Part shown: piece by piece, positions 36,516-48,850 of the stretch
Position numbering within the stretch: position 1 is the stretch's first letter
How the letters are laid out: each line of letters opens with the position of its first letter
DNA from: Phoronis australis
Taxonomy: Eukaryota > Animalia > Phoronida
Length of the DNA stretch: 64,000 nucleotides
Reading direction: 5' to 3'
Assembly (NCBI GenBank): GCA_002633005.1
Contig: NMRA01000054.1
Span: forward strand, 1,169,535 to 1,233,534
Program-made: the position numbers and the translations under genes
The notes under the pieces: model-generated
Told to the model about the DNA's origin: nothing
Databases searched by the model: none
What the model saw: only the letters and a program-made list of their open reading frames with translations

Positions 36516-39094
36516 TAAAGGTAATTATTTTTGTATTCAGTAATGAATGACTTTAAACTGAAAAATGAAATATTGTCAATAATGTAATCCCATCTCTTTA
36601 TCTCCTACCTAAGTTTGCACTAAGGCAATAACATGCTAATAGCTCATGCTTGGGATTGCATGCAAGTTCTATGTATTATTAATTAGGCCTGCATGCAATT
36701 GGCATTTCAAATCATAAAATATGATTAGATGCATTTTTATTTGAATATCCAGGTTTATATTTATTTCTGTTGCATGACAAAATTGCAGTGATGTGGCCTT
36801 GTTCAAAATGCCAAGTGTCAAATTATGCAATGGCCTTTGCTAGCGAAGGCAGGAATCTGGCTGTGCATGTCTTTTCTTTAGTGGTCCTTGTTACGCACAC
36901 ATTTAGGAGAATCAAGCATACGACAAAACGCGAGATGAGACTTTTGAAACACATTATTTCTATCGGAAATTTACATATTTCTCTTTAATTGCGTCCCATA
37001 GAACTAGAAAAGTGCGTCAAGACCATTGGCACCAATGTCTATCACTACCTCTACAATGATGGGTAAATTTCTCGTCCTAGCCTTCCCAAACTATGCCTAG
37101 AGAAGACTGTTTCACCAGAAGCTAATTTTCGCGGATTCCAATCTGCATGAAGTGTTGGAAAACGACCCGTTGTGAGTGCAACGTACGACCAAGAAGGCGA
37201 TGATGATCTTAATCATTGGCTGTCACTAAGTTTAAAAAATATGCAGGACTTGAAGTGCGAAAGAGCGCAAACAGTCGAGCGTCAAAAGGACAACGTACAA
37301 ATGGCATCACTGAAAGTCGACCATTCTGACATGTTATAGTAGACTATGCACTGTCTGTTCTTGCAACTGAGCATCCGAAGCAACGACGGTACCAACAGAT
37401 TTTTGCGACTAGTGAACGTTGTCGAAAAATTTCCGCTTACAGCACAAAGAAAAAAAGCTAAGGCATCGGTCTTACGAAGAGCCAAAATCATACACACAGA
37501 TCATACGGAATTTGCTCATATGCATAATCATAATTGTCTCAGAGGGGGATAGATTTTGGCCTTTGGAAACTTCTTTCTCCAAATCGGCACCAATGGAGCA
37601 CATATTAAAACGCAAAAACAGCTTGAATCGATGGAGGCTTTCTGCAGGCCTACCCGAAGCTTTATGACAAGGAACTGTACATTCAGTCATCTCAAATACA
37701 AGAATGGGCATAATAAACGGATCAGTTTGGACAAACATTATTTTCAGTGTTCAAAGAGGGAACAAAAATGAGTAAGATACAATTAACTGAAACAACGCAG
37801 TGTAAATAAGGACCAAGAAATTTACCAACATGTCAAACACTCTAAACGTTATTGAAAAACGAAAAGGCGTTCTTGTCTGAGACTTACCTGGACTCCACGC
37901 CGCACTGACATAGGCGGCGCACCACAGCCCCCCCACTTTTTCAGTGCTATGCCGCCCAAGGTCTAAGGGTTGTGCACCACGAGGAACTAGGAGTTATGGC
38001 CCCCACTTTTTCAGCGCTGCGCTGCTCATAACTAAGTGTGACTTCAAGTCGCCCTTTATTAAAGGCCGTTATGAATAAGTGGTAATTTCAGTACCAACTG
38101 GGACTAAACGAATTGATGCAATGATTTTATTTGCCTTGCAAATGGTGTATGAATAATCGTATCGTGATGACTGTTCCCTAAAAAACTATACCACAAGCAT
38201 TGAAGCAGTCCTTTACTCATTTCTCAACCGTGACTTCGTCAGTAATGGCAAAACGTGTTGCGAGAGGAGAGAAGAGAATTTCGCCAATTCTGTTTTCTGT
38301 TTTTGAACTGATACGCATGGCAGCTTTGATGTTGGTGTAGTTTTTAAATTTGCGTGTCCACACAGAGTAAGGATGACGACGAGATCCTAAACGTCAAACT
38401 TATAGACAGAATTTTATTCTAGCATCTTACAACACAAGTCATTCAAAATTCCGATTCTTACTTTTGTTTAATTTTTCGTTCAATGGAATCTACTAGCAAG
38501 TAGCAAATGTCAAGAATTGATGATTGTGCACTTGAGCAAAGCAGCGAACTTGTATTGTTCCAGTCAACTTGGCTGTTTAAAACGAGTACTACCGCGTCTG
38601 GGGAATAACTGACCAGGAGGAGTTGAAACGCTCTGGCGCTCACGCGAGTAAACTGTTAGTGACAGGCCCCATGACCCATGAAGGTTTGCTTTACGTAAGG
38701 TGTTGCGCAGGGAGTTGAATTCGACTGGCATTTTATTAGGCACATAGTCATGTCTAGATTGCACGGAAAATATCAATGGTATAACTGAAGTGGCACACTT
38801 GATTTAGGCTGTGTACTTTTTTGCAATGCATGGGAACAAGCGGGAGTAGGGTGAAGTCAGGTAGTTTGTCAACAACCAGTTTAAAAATTGGCTGGCAAAG
38901 ACATCGAGCCCAGGCATGTTGAAATGGAATTGATTGAATCCATCAGATTATTTCAATCACTATCAAATTTAACCAGCAGTGTTCATTCATCGTAAATGAG
39001 ATTTTTCCAAATGCGTTCGATCATTTATTTTGTCTGCCTACGAACTTGTCTGACATATAACAATTGTTCTATGTGGAGTGGTCCTGCACTTGTC

Positions 39095-39800
39095 GCAATT
39101 AGTTTCAACCGGTTTTGGTGGGTTGGTTTAACTCAACTCAGAACTTTGGGAGTGACAGGCAGGGAGTAATCCACCACGGTATCTTTATGGCAAAGTTCTT
39201 TCATGACGCATGGTTTTATGTTGAATATTTTGCAACTGGTTTCATGTTGTTACCTCTTGGGTTGATTTAGATCAGTTGCGAAACCACATTATTTTTGTGT
39301 GACAGAGACACCCGACCACTGAAGTCGTCTGGTAAGTAACAGTTGTGTTGCATGGAGTGACGCTGAAGTCTATGAAGTTGGCTTCAACTGGTTACCTAAT
39401 GGGTTAACCAAGCTCAAATATGAGGTTGGGCGTGACCGGCGGCGTTAACTCACCACTGAATTTGTCTGGCAGTGTTCTTTCATGATACATGGGGTTATGT
39501 CGAATATTTTCCAGCTGATGTTATGCGGTTACTTCTTGGGTTGATCTAGCTCAATTTTGGGACCTCATTATATTTATCTGGTAGGCGAGCACTGAAATTG
39601 ACTGGCAACATTGAATAGCCACTTGTAGTGATGCTGCATGCTATACATTTGGTTTCAACCGGTTGGGCTAGCTCAACTCGGAGATTTGAGTAATCCACCA
39701 CTGAACTTGTCTGGCTGTGTTCATTCATGATACGTTGGTCTTTGTTGAATATTTTGTAAGAGGTGGTTACCTCTTGGGTTGATCTAGCTCAATTTTTGGC
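39095..39800. repeat. Three diverged tandem units, ~270-bp period
   Basis: ttcaac(c/t)ggtt...caccac...tcatga...gaatatttt...tcttgggttgat(c/t)tag recurs at ~39103, ~39383 and ~39653. Confidence 0.7.
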
Positions 39801-40671
39801 CTCAGTTTTAGCCGTCTGGCTGATGTTTCCCACCTCTGACTTGTCTGACAGTGGATAGTTTTGATACGGTGAATTGAGCAGTAGGTGTCGCAGGTGTTTT
39901 CAAGTGGTTGCCTGAAAAGCTGATCTACATGTAGCTCAATTTTTGCGTGTCGTTCTTATGGCTCCCCTGACCACATCCACCAGAATGAACCTTCCATATA
40001 GCCAGTTCCTAGCATTGCGACACTCACGAATCACTGTGGTATCAAAGAACATTTGTTACATTTTCATGGTCAAAGTACCTCTGGGATCCCGGTCTAATAC
40101 TGACAAAATACTTATCAGTAAATAATTTGACAGACATCACCATGTACAGTTTCTAAAAATGCCAGTTATACATATTTGCGAAAGGTCATTGGATTTAATC
40201 CTTCTGTATTTTACATAATACTACAAGCTATCACCATAAGAAATCAAAATACCACCAGCCTTTGTAGCAATATTGTAAAGAGTGTCCTGCAAAGGTTTGA
40301 AAGGTAAAGTTGCGAGTTTTCTAGTTACATGCTGTCCTGACTCCGTTTATTTTATGGATTGTTCTGAGTAACACGTGCTATACACGGAGACCTCGTCGTA
40401 TGCGTAGAATCGTGTTTTGTTATTTGTTGAGGGACCAAAATCGGCCCCCTGGAACCTACACAATTGTCACCACATCTCCAGCTTCATTATTGTCCCGTAA
40501 AAATCGCGAGAAGAGAGGGGGGAAACGGTTCACCCCCCTATAGGCCTACCCCCTTCTTGGGGTTCCGACGGTCCCAAAATATTTCAAAGTAAACATACCT
40601 TCATATTCACTTAACGTATTCAAATCGTGATGTTTGTAATGCATCTTTTTATAAAACTGGTGTATAATCAG

Positions 40672-41187
40672 TGTAGCTGAGTAGCCAAATAGTGCAAGGT
40701 ATACTCAGTATGTAGCCGCGTCTGGCTACAGGGATAAATTAAAAGAAGCCGTTTGCATAACACACTTTATTATTTAGTTGCAAGCGATGAAAAGTAGAAA
40801 CCGGAAAAGCGTGGTTATCTGCAATAAAGAAAAACACACACAGTCTGAGTATTCGGCAAGCAAGCGTAATTAACAAGCACTATATCAGAGCGTTAGAAAG
40901 ACTCGCGCCAATGACTCTATGACAGGCAAATACTACCTCGCTAACAATACATAATTAACTGGAACCCGTACTATATTCTACAACTGGGGACCATTACCGT
41001 ACACAACCAACTGCCTAACTGCGACCCGTAACTATTTATTCTATGAACCGGGTACCGCGCAACATATACGCCAAACAAGCAGCTGAAGGAAACTATACGT
41101 CAAACGACAACATCTATGTACGCTCTAAACTCAGCTAGTAGATACACACGAGTACAACATGCTATGCCATAATACTCAGTACTTACA
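40672..41187 (-). mobile_element. Possible solo LTR
   Basis: TGTA...TACA ends with partial inverted similarity (tgtagctgagta / tactcagtacttaca), minus-strand AATAAA near 40770, imperfect flanks tcag/acag. Confidence 0.35.
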
Positions 41188-42126
41188 ACAGTTTGTCTAA
41201 CAGTCTGTGCTTAATATAAAAGTTCCAGCAACCGAGGAAAACACATGATTCGTGTTACAGATCTTGTCAACGAATGCCGGTAAACTCATGAAACGCTAGT
41301 CACCAAAACCCGCGTAACATACAGAGGCTAATACGTAACAATGGCCGGCCGGTCAAGCTACTATTCGACTATGCAAATGCTATTGTAACCACTGGAAAGA
41401 ACCGGCTTGCTAAAAGAAACCAAATCACAGCGGCGAAAGGTGTACTGCTACCTAGAAAGAAAATAAACAGCGTAACAAGTAAATGAACTACAACAACCAA
41501 TGACAAAAAATGATGCACGGCATCAACACAGTAAAAGTACATGTTAACCTCTAAACGGTCAAAAGACCAAATTTTGACTACATGTATGTACTTCCCTAAC
41601 CCAATACTATCAAATCTCACTGTTTTCATATTCACAATGCTCTATACTTTGCTCGCAAATCGTTTTGAAAAGCCAGTACTTAAATACTAAAATGTCTATC
41701 TGAATTATGAAATGTGTTTATGGATCTTAAGGTCAGATACATTCACAGAGAAAAGTCATAGTTATTTCTCACTAAGATAAGATACCTCACTGGTCTTGAA
41801 AAGTTGACAGCTTTTTCACTGAAGTAAATGTCGAAAAAGCCATGTTTGTAAAGATCCGCATACAAACAAAAACGAGGTTTGCCGTGAGCAACTCGATGCC
41901 TGGACACTGTGTCCCACATAATCAGTATTCAGGATACGTTTAATTTATTTACTCAAACAAATTGTTGTCAGTGCCAGCGTCATCACTGTTGTGTTGATTC
42001 TGCTCGAGACATCGGTATTCTTGTTTTCTTCGTCAACCTCGATTCCAAGACTTTCATTCTATTTCTCCACGTGTAGCTCTTCACAGCGTTTTCATTTAGT
42101 TCATGCTCCTTTGGTGTTGCTCTCAG

Positions 42127-42324
42127 GAGAAAGATTACACGACGTAAAAGGTACAGTCGCCATATGGGACGATAAGCAAGAGTGCTTCTTCTTCAAAGGC
42201 CCTGCAACGGGAGGGGAAAAGATATACAGGGAATGTCCAAGAGAACTAGCTGGACGTATTGTGCAGATTCAGATAATGGCCGATTCAGCAGTACTGACCT
42301 TGTGTGAGGTTGAGATTTATATGT
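42127..42324 (+). CDS. Host gene exon: F-type lectin domain 2, C-terminal half
   Basis: Acceptor ttgctctcag|, donor |gtgagt, phase 1/1. (G)ERLHDVKGTV...ECFFFKGPATGGEKIYRECPRELAGRIVQIQ...LTLCEVEIYM joins in frame to 29456. Confidence 0.93.
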
Positions 42325-43329
42325 GTGAGTATCTTCACAGTGGGCGTTTATTGTTTGGGTGAATACTGCCAAAGCATGGTAGCAGTACCTACTTTTGTTA
42401 CTTCACATATTTGTCAGTCAAGTAATCACCAGGAACTACAAGTTTTTGTTTCATCGTATTATTTTCGCCATAACCTATAACACTGTTCTTCATTGATCAT
42501 TCTAAGCTTTATTATGTGCCCATGTTCACGTATGTTGGGTGCACATTGGCGTCATCGTTGTGTGGCCGTCGTGGCACCATCACATCAAATTATTTGCTGG
42601 ATCTTTATAAAAGATGACAGATGAATGGTGTTCCTATAAAGCTGATGACAGATTACGACGTTGACCACTGCGCCACCAAGTATCTCTTTTTTCTTGGAGA
42701 AAAGAAATGTCTTCAAGTGTGTTACTTTGTCATTATTTTTTATTTGTACTCACGATACAATATGGCACTGTGGTGGCCATTTTTCATTCGCAGAGATCTT
42801 ATATCAGTGATCCCTTGTCGGATTCTTCTGAACTTTAATATGTAGAGAGATCCAGTCAAGCCCTAATGAAAGTAGGTCCTAGCGTTATTGAACTGTAATC
42901 CTGGCTTTGACATAGGTGAGCATGCTAACTATACCTGTTGCGAATGCGCAAAACCATAGAACTCTAGTCATGGAATGCCAACACCCGCACGTGACCTATT
43001 AGAGCTTGCACCCCCAAGACTAGCCGCGAGAGTTAGCACTGAGAATTTCCGGCTTCCTGCTCGACTGAGTTTTGATGGAGAATTGTAGTTATCAAAGCAA
43101 GTCTAATTTCATTTCTTCATTTTCATTTTGTTCTTATTGTTCATCAAGCGACACTATACGGTACGGTTCCATACGATCAGCGATTTCTCCGCAAAATTAG
43201 TCAACAAACCCGACAATTGCACTGGTCACTCTTTATAAGCATCGACCTGTGTCCTTGCATTGGGTGGATGCCGAGAGTAGTTTGGCCTTCGATACCTTTT
43301 CAGCTCAAGTCGTCGTAGGACCAGTTTAG

Positions 43330-46300
43330 ACAACACAACGTACTACATGCCAGAAAATTTTCAAAAAGAAAGTTTTGAGTGTTAAAATCATGTTCCAGTA
43401 TTAAGGGAAAAGTTACATTTGGGGTTTATTTGACGATACAGACGCTGTACCTGAATCCTGGCGACGCACAGCCGGTCAAAAACTAACCCAGTTAAACTTA
43501 ATGTTCCGCCAATTGGCCAACTATTGTCCTGTGATTGCCCGTAGCGCTATTGTCAAACAATCCACCTACCTTACTGGTATATGAAGTCATTACGGCTTTC
43601 AGACATCTGGAGGACATTTCATTGGTTGTTCTTTTATTCGCCTCCAACACGACGAACGCCCGTTAGACCTATGTCAGCGACTCATGACATTCTAAGAAGA
43701 TAATTTGCTCGGCCCGGACAACACCATTTGACATCATGGCGTGCTTAGAGAATTTAGCAGTCCTTACTTGGTTACGCTTGATTCACCCAGATTTGCCTCA
43801 TCTAGTCCAACAACGATATGGTCCCGAACTCCGAAGTAAGTCACTTGCATCGATCAAACCGGGAACTTTGCAGGCACTCCAGTCATTGCTTGACGAGTTA
43901 CAAACACTCGAAGATGCCAAGGCGTTGCGGGCTTTCCCTCGCAAGGCTACGTCGGTCCCTCGCCGAAGCCCAGCAAAATCATGTCCAATGTGTAAACAGG
44001 CTCATCTCTCCAACTTTGATCACTACTTGTCGCAGTGTCCCTACCTACCCGCAGAAGACGAACGCTATTTTACGAAGACCCGCTTCTCGAAGTTGATCAT
44101 CCAGTCTCCCAGTGAGTCCCGACGAGATTTGTGAACACATAGCGAACGGAGTCCACATTATCCAGTCACCTTTCATCGACGCTGTGTGCCACGATCAACC
44201 GGTACGGCTTACTCTCGATTGTGGTGCTACAGTAAATATGATACGCGAATATTGTGCCTGATCGTTCGGTACACCTATCGTCCCCAACACACAGTATGCC
44301 TTCCAAGCTGATGTTGTCTCCCCACTTGATGTTGCCGGTGAAATCAAGATCACTTTCATGCTTGATAGCCACAAGTTGGTTTTCGAGGGCCTGGTCACTA
44401 AGACACTTGATGTAGACGTAAGTGCTGCTACCCATTTATGGTGAGAGACAACATCTCCGTGTACCCAGCTAAGAAAGAGGTTGGTGTAGGAGAAGTCGAT
44501 GTCTATCGCCATGATCACTCTTATCTTTGTCAAGACAACCATTTCTCCGTAGAACACACGTTCTGCGTTCCCTCCTTCAGCCACTGTGGTATGGCCAGGA
44601 GACAGTCTCGACATTGAAGTCCCTGCTGATTTACTTGGACATAACCAGGAGATAGCGATTGAATCCCTAACAGATTCCTCAAGTGCCCTAGTGATTTGTT
44701 GCCCAAACCACAAATCCTTACTGCCAACCAGGGCAAGGTACACCTACTAAACGACACAAATGAACCCCGATTCTTACGCAAGGACGAACGCTTTTGTCAG
44801 GTTCACCACGTCTTCACACCTACAATGGTACCACCCCCTAAACATACTCACCAACCACGCAGCATGTCCAACATTTTCGCTTTGCTTCAGTCGATCTTGA
44901 TGGAGTTTTACCGGATGTCACCCGGAAAGCTGTCGAACGCCTTCATGAGTCTTTTGCTACTATCTTCACCCCGAATTTTACCGGTCACAATGAATACACT
45001 GGTCCATTTGAAGCCTCTGGTAACATGGGTCCCACTCAGCCGCTCCAAAGCAAGGGTCGTCTACCTATGTACACACTGACAAAACTCTACGACCTCCAAC
45101 AGAAGTTTCACGATCTTGAGGCGTTCGGTGCCTTTGTTCGTCCCGAAGGTGTGAAGTTCCAAGTGACAGCCTTTGCGGATGTTGGAAGATATGCCAAACC
45201 CCAAGCATCGCTCATGCCCGATGTAGATTCGGTCCTACGCAAGATTGCCCAGTGGCGATTTATCGCCAAGACGGACCTCACGAGTGCCTTTTATCAAATT
45301 CCCCGGTCTTGCGAGTCCATGAAGTACTGCAGCGTGGTAAACCCTTTCCATGACATTTGTGTCTATGCCAGATGTGCTGTTGGGATGTCGGGTTCAGAAA
45401 CAACATTAGAAGAGCTTACCGTCCGCGTTCTTGGTGATTTTCTCGAACAAGGCATCGTAACCAAGTTGGCCTACGACTTGTACTGTGGTGAATAGACCCC
45501 ATCTGAGCTACATACCTTTTGGGAACTGGTACTTTCTGCCCTTGCTAAGTCTGGTTTACATTTGTTACCTACCAGAACGGTCATTTCCCTCAAGCGCACG
45601 ACTAGTTTGGGTTGGAAATGGGAGGGTGGCACCCTTCAGGCTTGCAGTCATCGAATCACTACACTTGCTTCATGCAACAAGCCTACAACCGCGCGTCAGA
45701 TGCGTTCATTTATTGGTGGCTTCAAGGTTCTGTTTAGGGTTATCCCTCATTGCTCCACCTATGTCTCCACTGGATGATGCTATTTCAGGCCGCGATTCCA
45801 AGGATCCATTGACATGGTCTGATAAGCTAGTCAGTGTATTTTCTGCCGCCCAGAAAGCACTCTCGTCTATCAAGGTCATCACACTCCCCTGTCCTGAGGA
45901 CAACTTATGGATTGTGACAGACGCCTTTGCCAAGCACCCAGGGATAGCAGCCACCCTATATGTTACTAGGGAAGGAAAACCCAAGATCGCTTCCTTCTTC
46001 AGTGCCAAGCTTAAGTCCCGCCAAGTACTTTTGCTCCCTGTGAGGTTGAAGCTTAGGCAATTGATGTGGGCTTGAAGCACTTCAGCCTATACCTCATCCA
46101 GTCCCAGCATCGTGCTACGGTCCTCAGTGACGGTAAGCCACGTGTTCAGGCCTTTGAGCGCTTATGTAGAGGTGATTTTTTTGAGTCTTCGAATGTCTAT
46201 AATTTTTGTCAGCTGTATCTTGGTTCCAAGCTACTGTTTGCCGTGTTTCAGGTGCCGCGAACATCGTATCAGACTTCGCAAGCCGACATAGTATTTAGTG

Positions 46301-47110
46301 TTCAGACATGGCGTGCCAGGTGTGCTCCTTCGTGACCTCTACCAAAGATTGTGAGGCCTTTCGTTTATCCACAGACGACATCTTATCGGGTGTGTCGAGA
46401 CTTCCGTTCACTACCCGCTCTGCTTGGCATAGTATCTAAACTGAGCTCTCGGACCTTCGCCGTACTTATGCTCATCTCACTCAGGGTACGCGTCCCAGTA
46501 AGAAGCTGATTGATGTTCGAGATGTGAAGCGTTACCTAAACATTGTCAAGGTCGCTAGCGATGGTTTACTAGTTGTCCGTAGAAATGCACCCCTCGCTCC
46601 GATTCTCGAATGCTTAGTTGTTCCCCGTTCTGCCTTAGACGGTCTACTCATGGCTCTTCATCTACGCTTGGACCATCCCTCGCCCAACCAACAGAGGCTA
46701 GTTACCTAACGGTTATTTCTACACCCTCGACTTGGACTCTGCCATTGATAGATGTTCCAAATCTTGTCACCAGTGTTGCTCTCTTCAGACAGTCTCCAAG
46801 ACGTTGATCACTCAAGATTCGTCTGACCCCCCCACTGTCGGTCTATCTTTCGCTGCAGATGTCATGAAACGTGATCGCCAATTGATCGTCATGCTGCGGG
46901 AATGTGTGTTCTCCTACACCGTCGCACGCATTTTCGAGAGTGAACGCCGTGACGACTTGCAAAATTGTCTTCTTCAAGTGTGCATAGAACTTTGTCCTTT
47001 GGATGTTCCTCCAGCAGTTATCCGTACGCATCAGGCCTCCCGGCTTCAGTGCATTGAAGGACGATGATCTCCTTAAACGACACAGGATTGCTATTGGGTT
47101 TGGTGAACAC
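43330..47110 (+). mobile_element. Degenerate Gypsy-type LTR retrotransposon gag-pol
   Basis: Gag (WLRLIHPDLPHLVQQRYG, CxxC..H..C), protease LLDCGATVNMI, RT AKTDLTSAFYQIP / YDLYCG, RNaseH LWIVTDA, integrase [12 protein letters not shown] and FAADVMKR. Many frameshifts; no LTRs recognised. Confidence 0.9.
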
Positions 47111-47278
47111 GTTGGGAGTATATGTGCGCTTTCTGTTGATCTTGTTTTTCAGGATACGTAGTCTTTATCATAAGTTTGAAGTTGACAATCTGTCTAGTTC
47201 ATTTTCAAAAACTTGAAAAACCTCTTTCATAATCGGTGCCATACCACCAAAATGCAATGCAACTAATTTTATTTCTAA

Positions 47279-47458
<180 letters not shown>

Positions 47459-48081
47459 TAAGAAAATTCACCTTCATCTATCTAGTTACCTACCTACCCA
47501 TCTACGTACTTTCTCTTGCCATCTGTACATTGCTTGTTCTTCTTAATTCATTCATTTTTCTTTTACGAGTCTTATTTGTCTAAATGTATGTCTTTCTTAG
47601 AGTGTTTCGTGGTGTTATATTGTATTGCATTATTTTGTGTGCCATCGTTATAACATCAATTAATCATTCAATCGATTAATCAACACTGGTGACAACCAGG
47701 GAAATGTTGGAGGTGACCGCGAGGAAATTCAAAAAAAATCATTCGAATGTTTAAACGCACTTATCATAAGCTGAGGGCTGCTGCGTTGAAAGCAAACGCA
47801 GACGAGTCGATCGCTTCAAATTTGTGGCCTGTGGTCTGTTGCATGAAAAGTGACTTGAAAGATTTGTAATGTCATTATTAGAAATAACTGCTTGGAAATA
47901 TAGTGTACAAATTTTCTGAATAACTAACAATTATGGATATGTTCTCAGATACGTTATTCGTTTGTTAAATAGAGTTTAGTATTTTTCAGAAATAGTTATG
48001 TCGAGAGTAAAACCAAATTTCAGACGCAATTCTTACATCATTTTTCATGAAACATGCCCCTGAACACTGGTCTCTTTACAG

Positions 48082-48269
48082 GAATGCGGAAATCATAATC
48101 AGTGGAAAACAGTACGGCACAGGCAACGGCAAGTACCATATTCTCAAGGCCGGCTGTAGAGGTACCGAAGTTTCTCTGGATAGGTGTGTGCATGGACAGT
48201 GGCCGGATAGTAATAAAGCAACGTGCTCCACGGGAGGCGTGGCTTCAGTGAAGTGTACAGACCACCGAA
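48082..48269 (+). CDS. Host gene exon: SRCR domain 1, second half
   Basis: Acceptor tctctttacag|, donor |gtaagc, phase 2/1. NAEIIISGKQYGTGNGKYHILKAGCRGTEVSLDRCVHGQW...TCSTGGVASVKCTDHR; 6 Cys across the two exons (group A SRCR). Confidence 0.93.
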
Positions 48270-48699
48270 GTAAGCATTTTTCATCATTAAACTAAATTCG
48301 GCAAATCATGTAAATATAGCTTCTTTTTCTAGCTATAGTCTGGCGGCAGAATCTCAAAATTCCAGAGAATCTTGCAATCGTCCTTACAGTAGTTGTTTTC
48401 AGAGCTTGGTGGGCTTCTTTGAGTGCGACCGATTGACAACAGTACACTTGCCAGTGCTGCGTCAAGATGGCCGACAGTATGGCTGGCGCATGTGATGAGA
48501 ATCTTCATTTCATCGTAGCCTGGGACCTGAATACAGTAGGAAAAAGATTTTGACACAGTTTACAATGATTCCAATGTCAAGAAATTCGATTTTGTGTTTA
48601 TTTTAGCTATTGGAAATAAGCAGAAGGATCCAAATACAACTTAGAACACAACTTTTAAAAACTATACATGCACGTACATGTATGTTGCATGTCAGCTTT

Positions 48700-48850
48700 T
48701 GTATATATATATATGTGTGTGTGTGTATGTGTGTGTTTATTTGTGTGTGTGTGTGTTGGCGTATGAAAGTATGCATGTATGTATGCGTGTATGAATGCGT
48801 GAATGTATGAGTGTCAGCACATGTACATGAATGTAATATGCGTATGCGCT
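48700..48850. repeat. Compound (TA)n/(TG)n/(TGTA)n microsatellite
   Basis: gtatatatatatatgtgtgtgtgtgtatgtgtgtgt... read directly. Confidence 0.9.

Larger units (their letters stand above)
32018..36890 (+). mobile_element. P-element superfamily (THAP9-like) DNA transposon
   Basis: ~60-bp TIRs caaggac(t/c)actaaagaaa(g/a)gacatgcacagccagattcctgccttcgctagc(g/a)aaggcca with 3 mismatches. Perfect 8-bp TSD ttacgcac at 32010-32017 and 36891-36898; CA...TG termini. Confidence 0.95.

Noticed and set aside
37000-37800. Possible hAT transposase relic
   Set aside because: Only vague motif echoes (DLKCERAQ) and no TIR or TSD found; not supportable as a feature.
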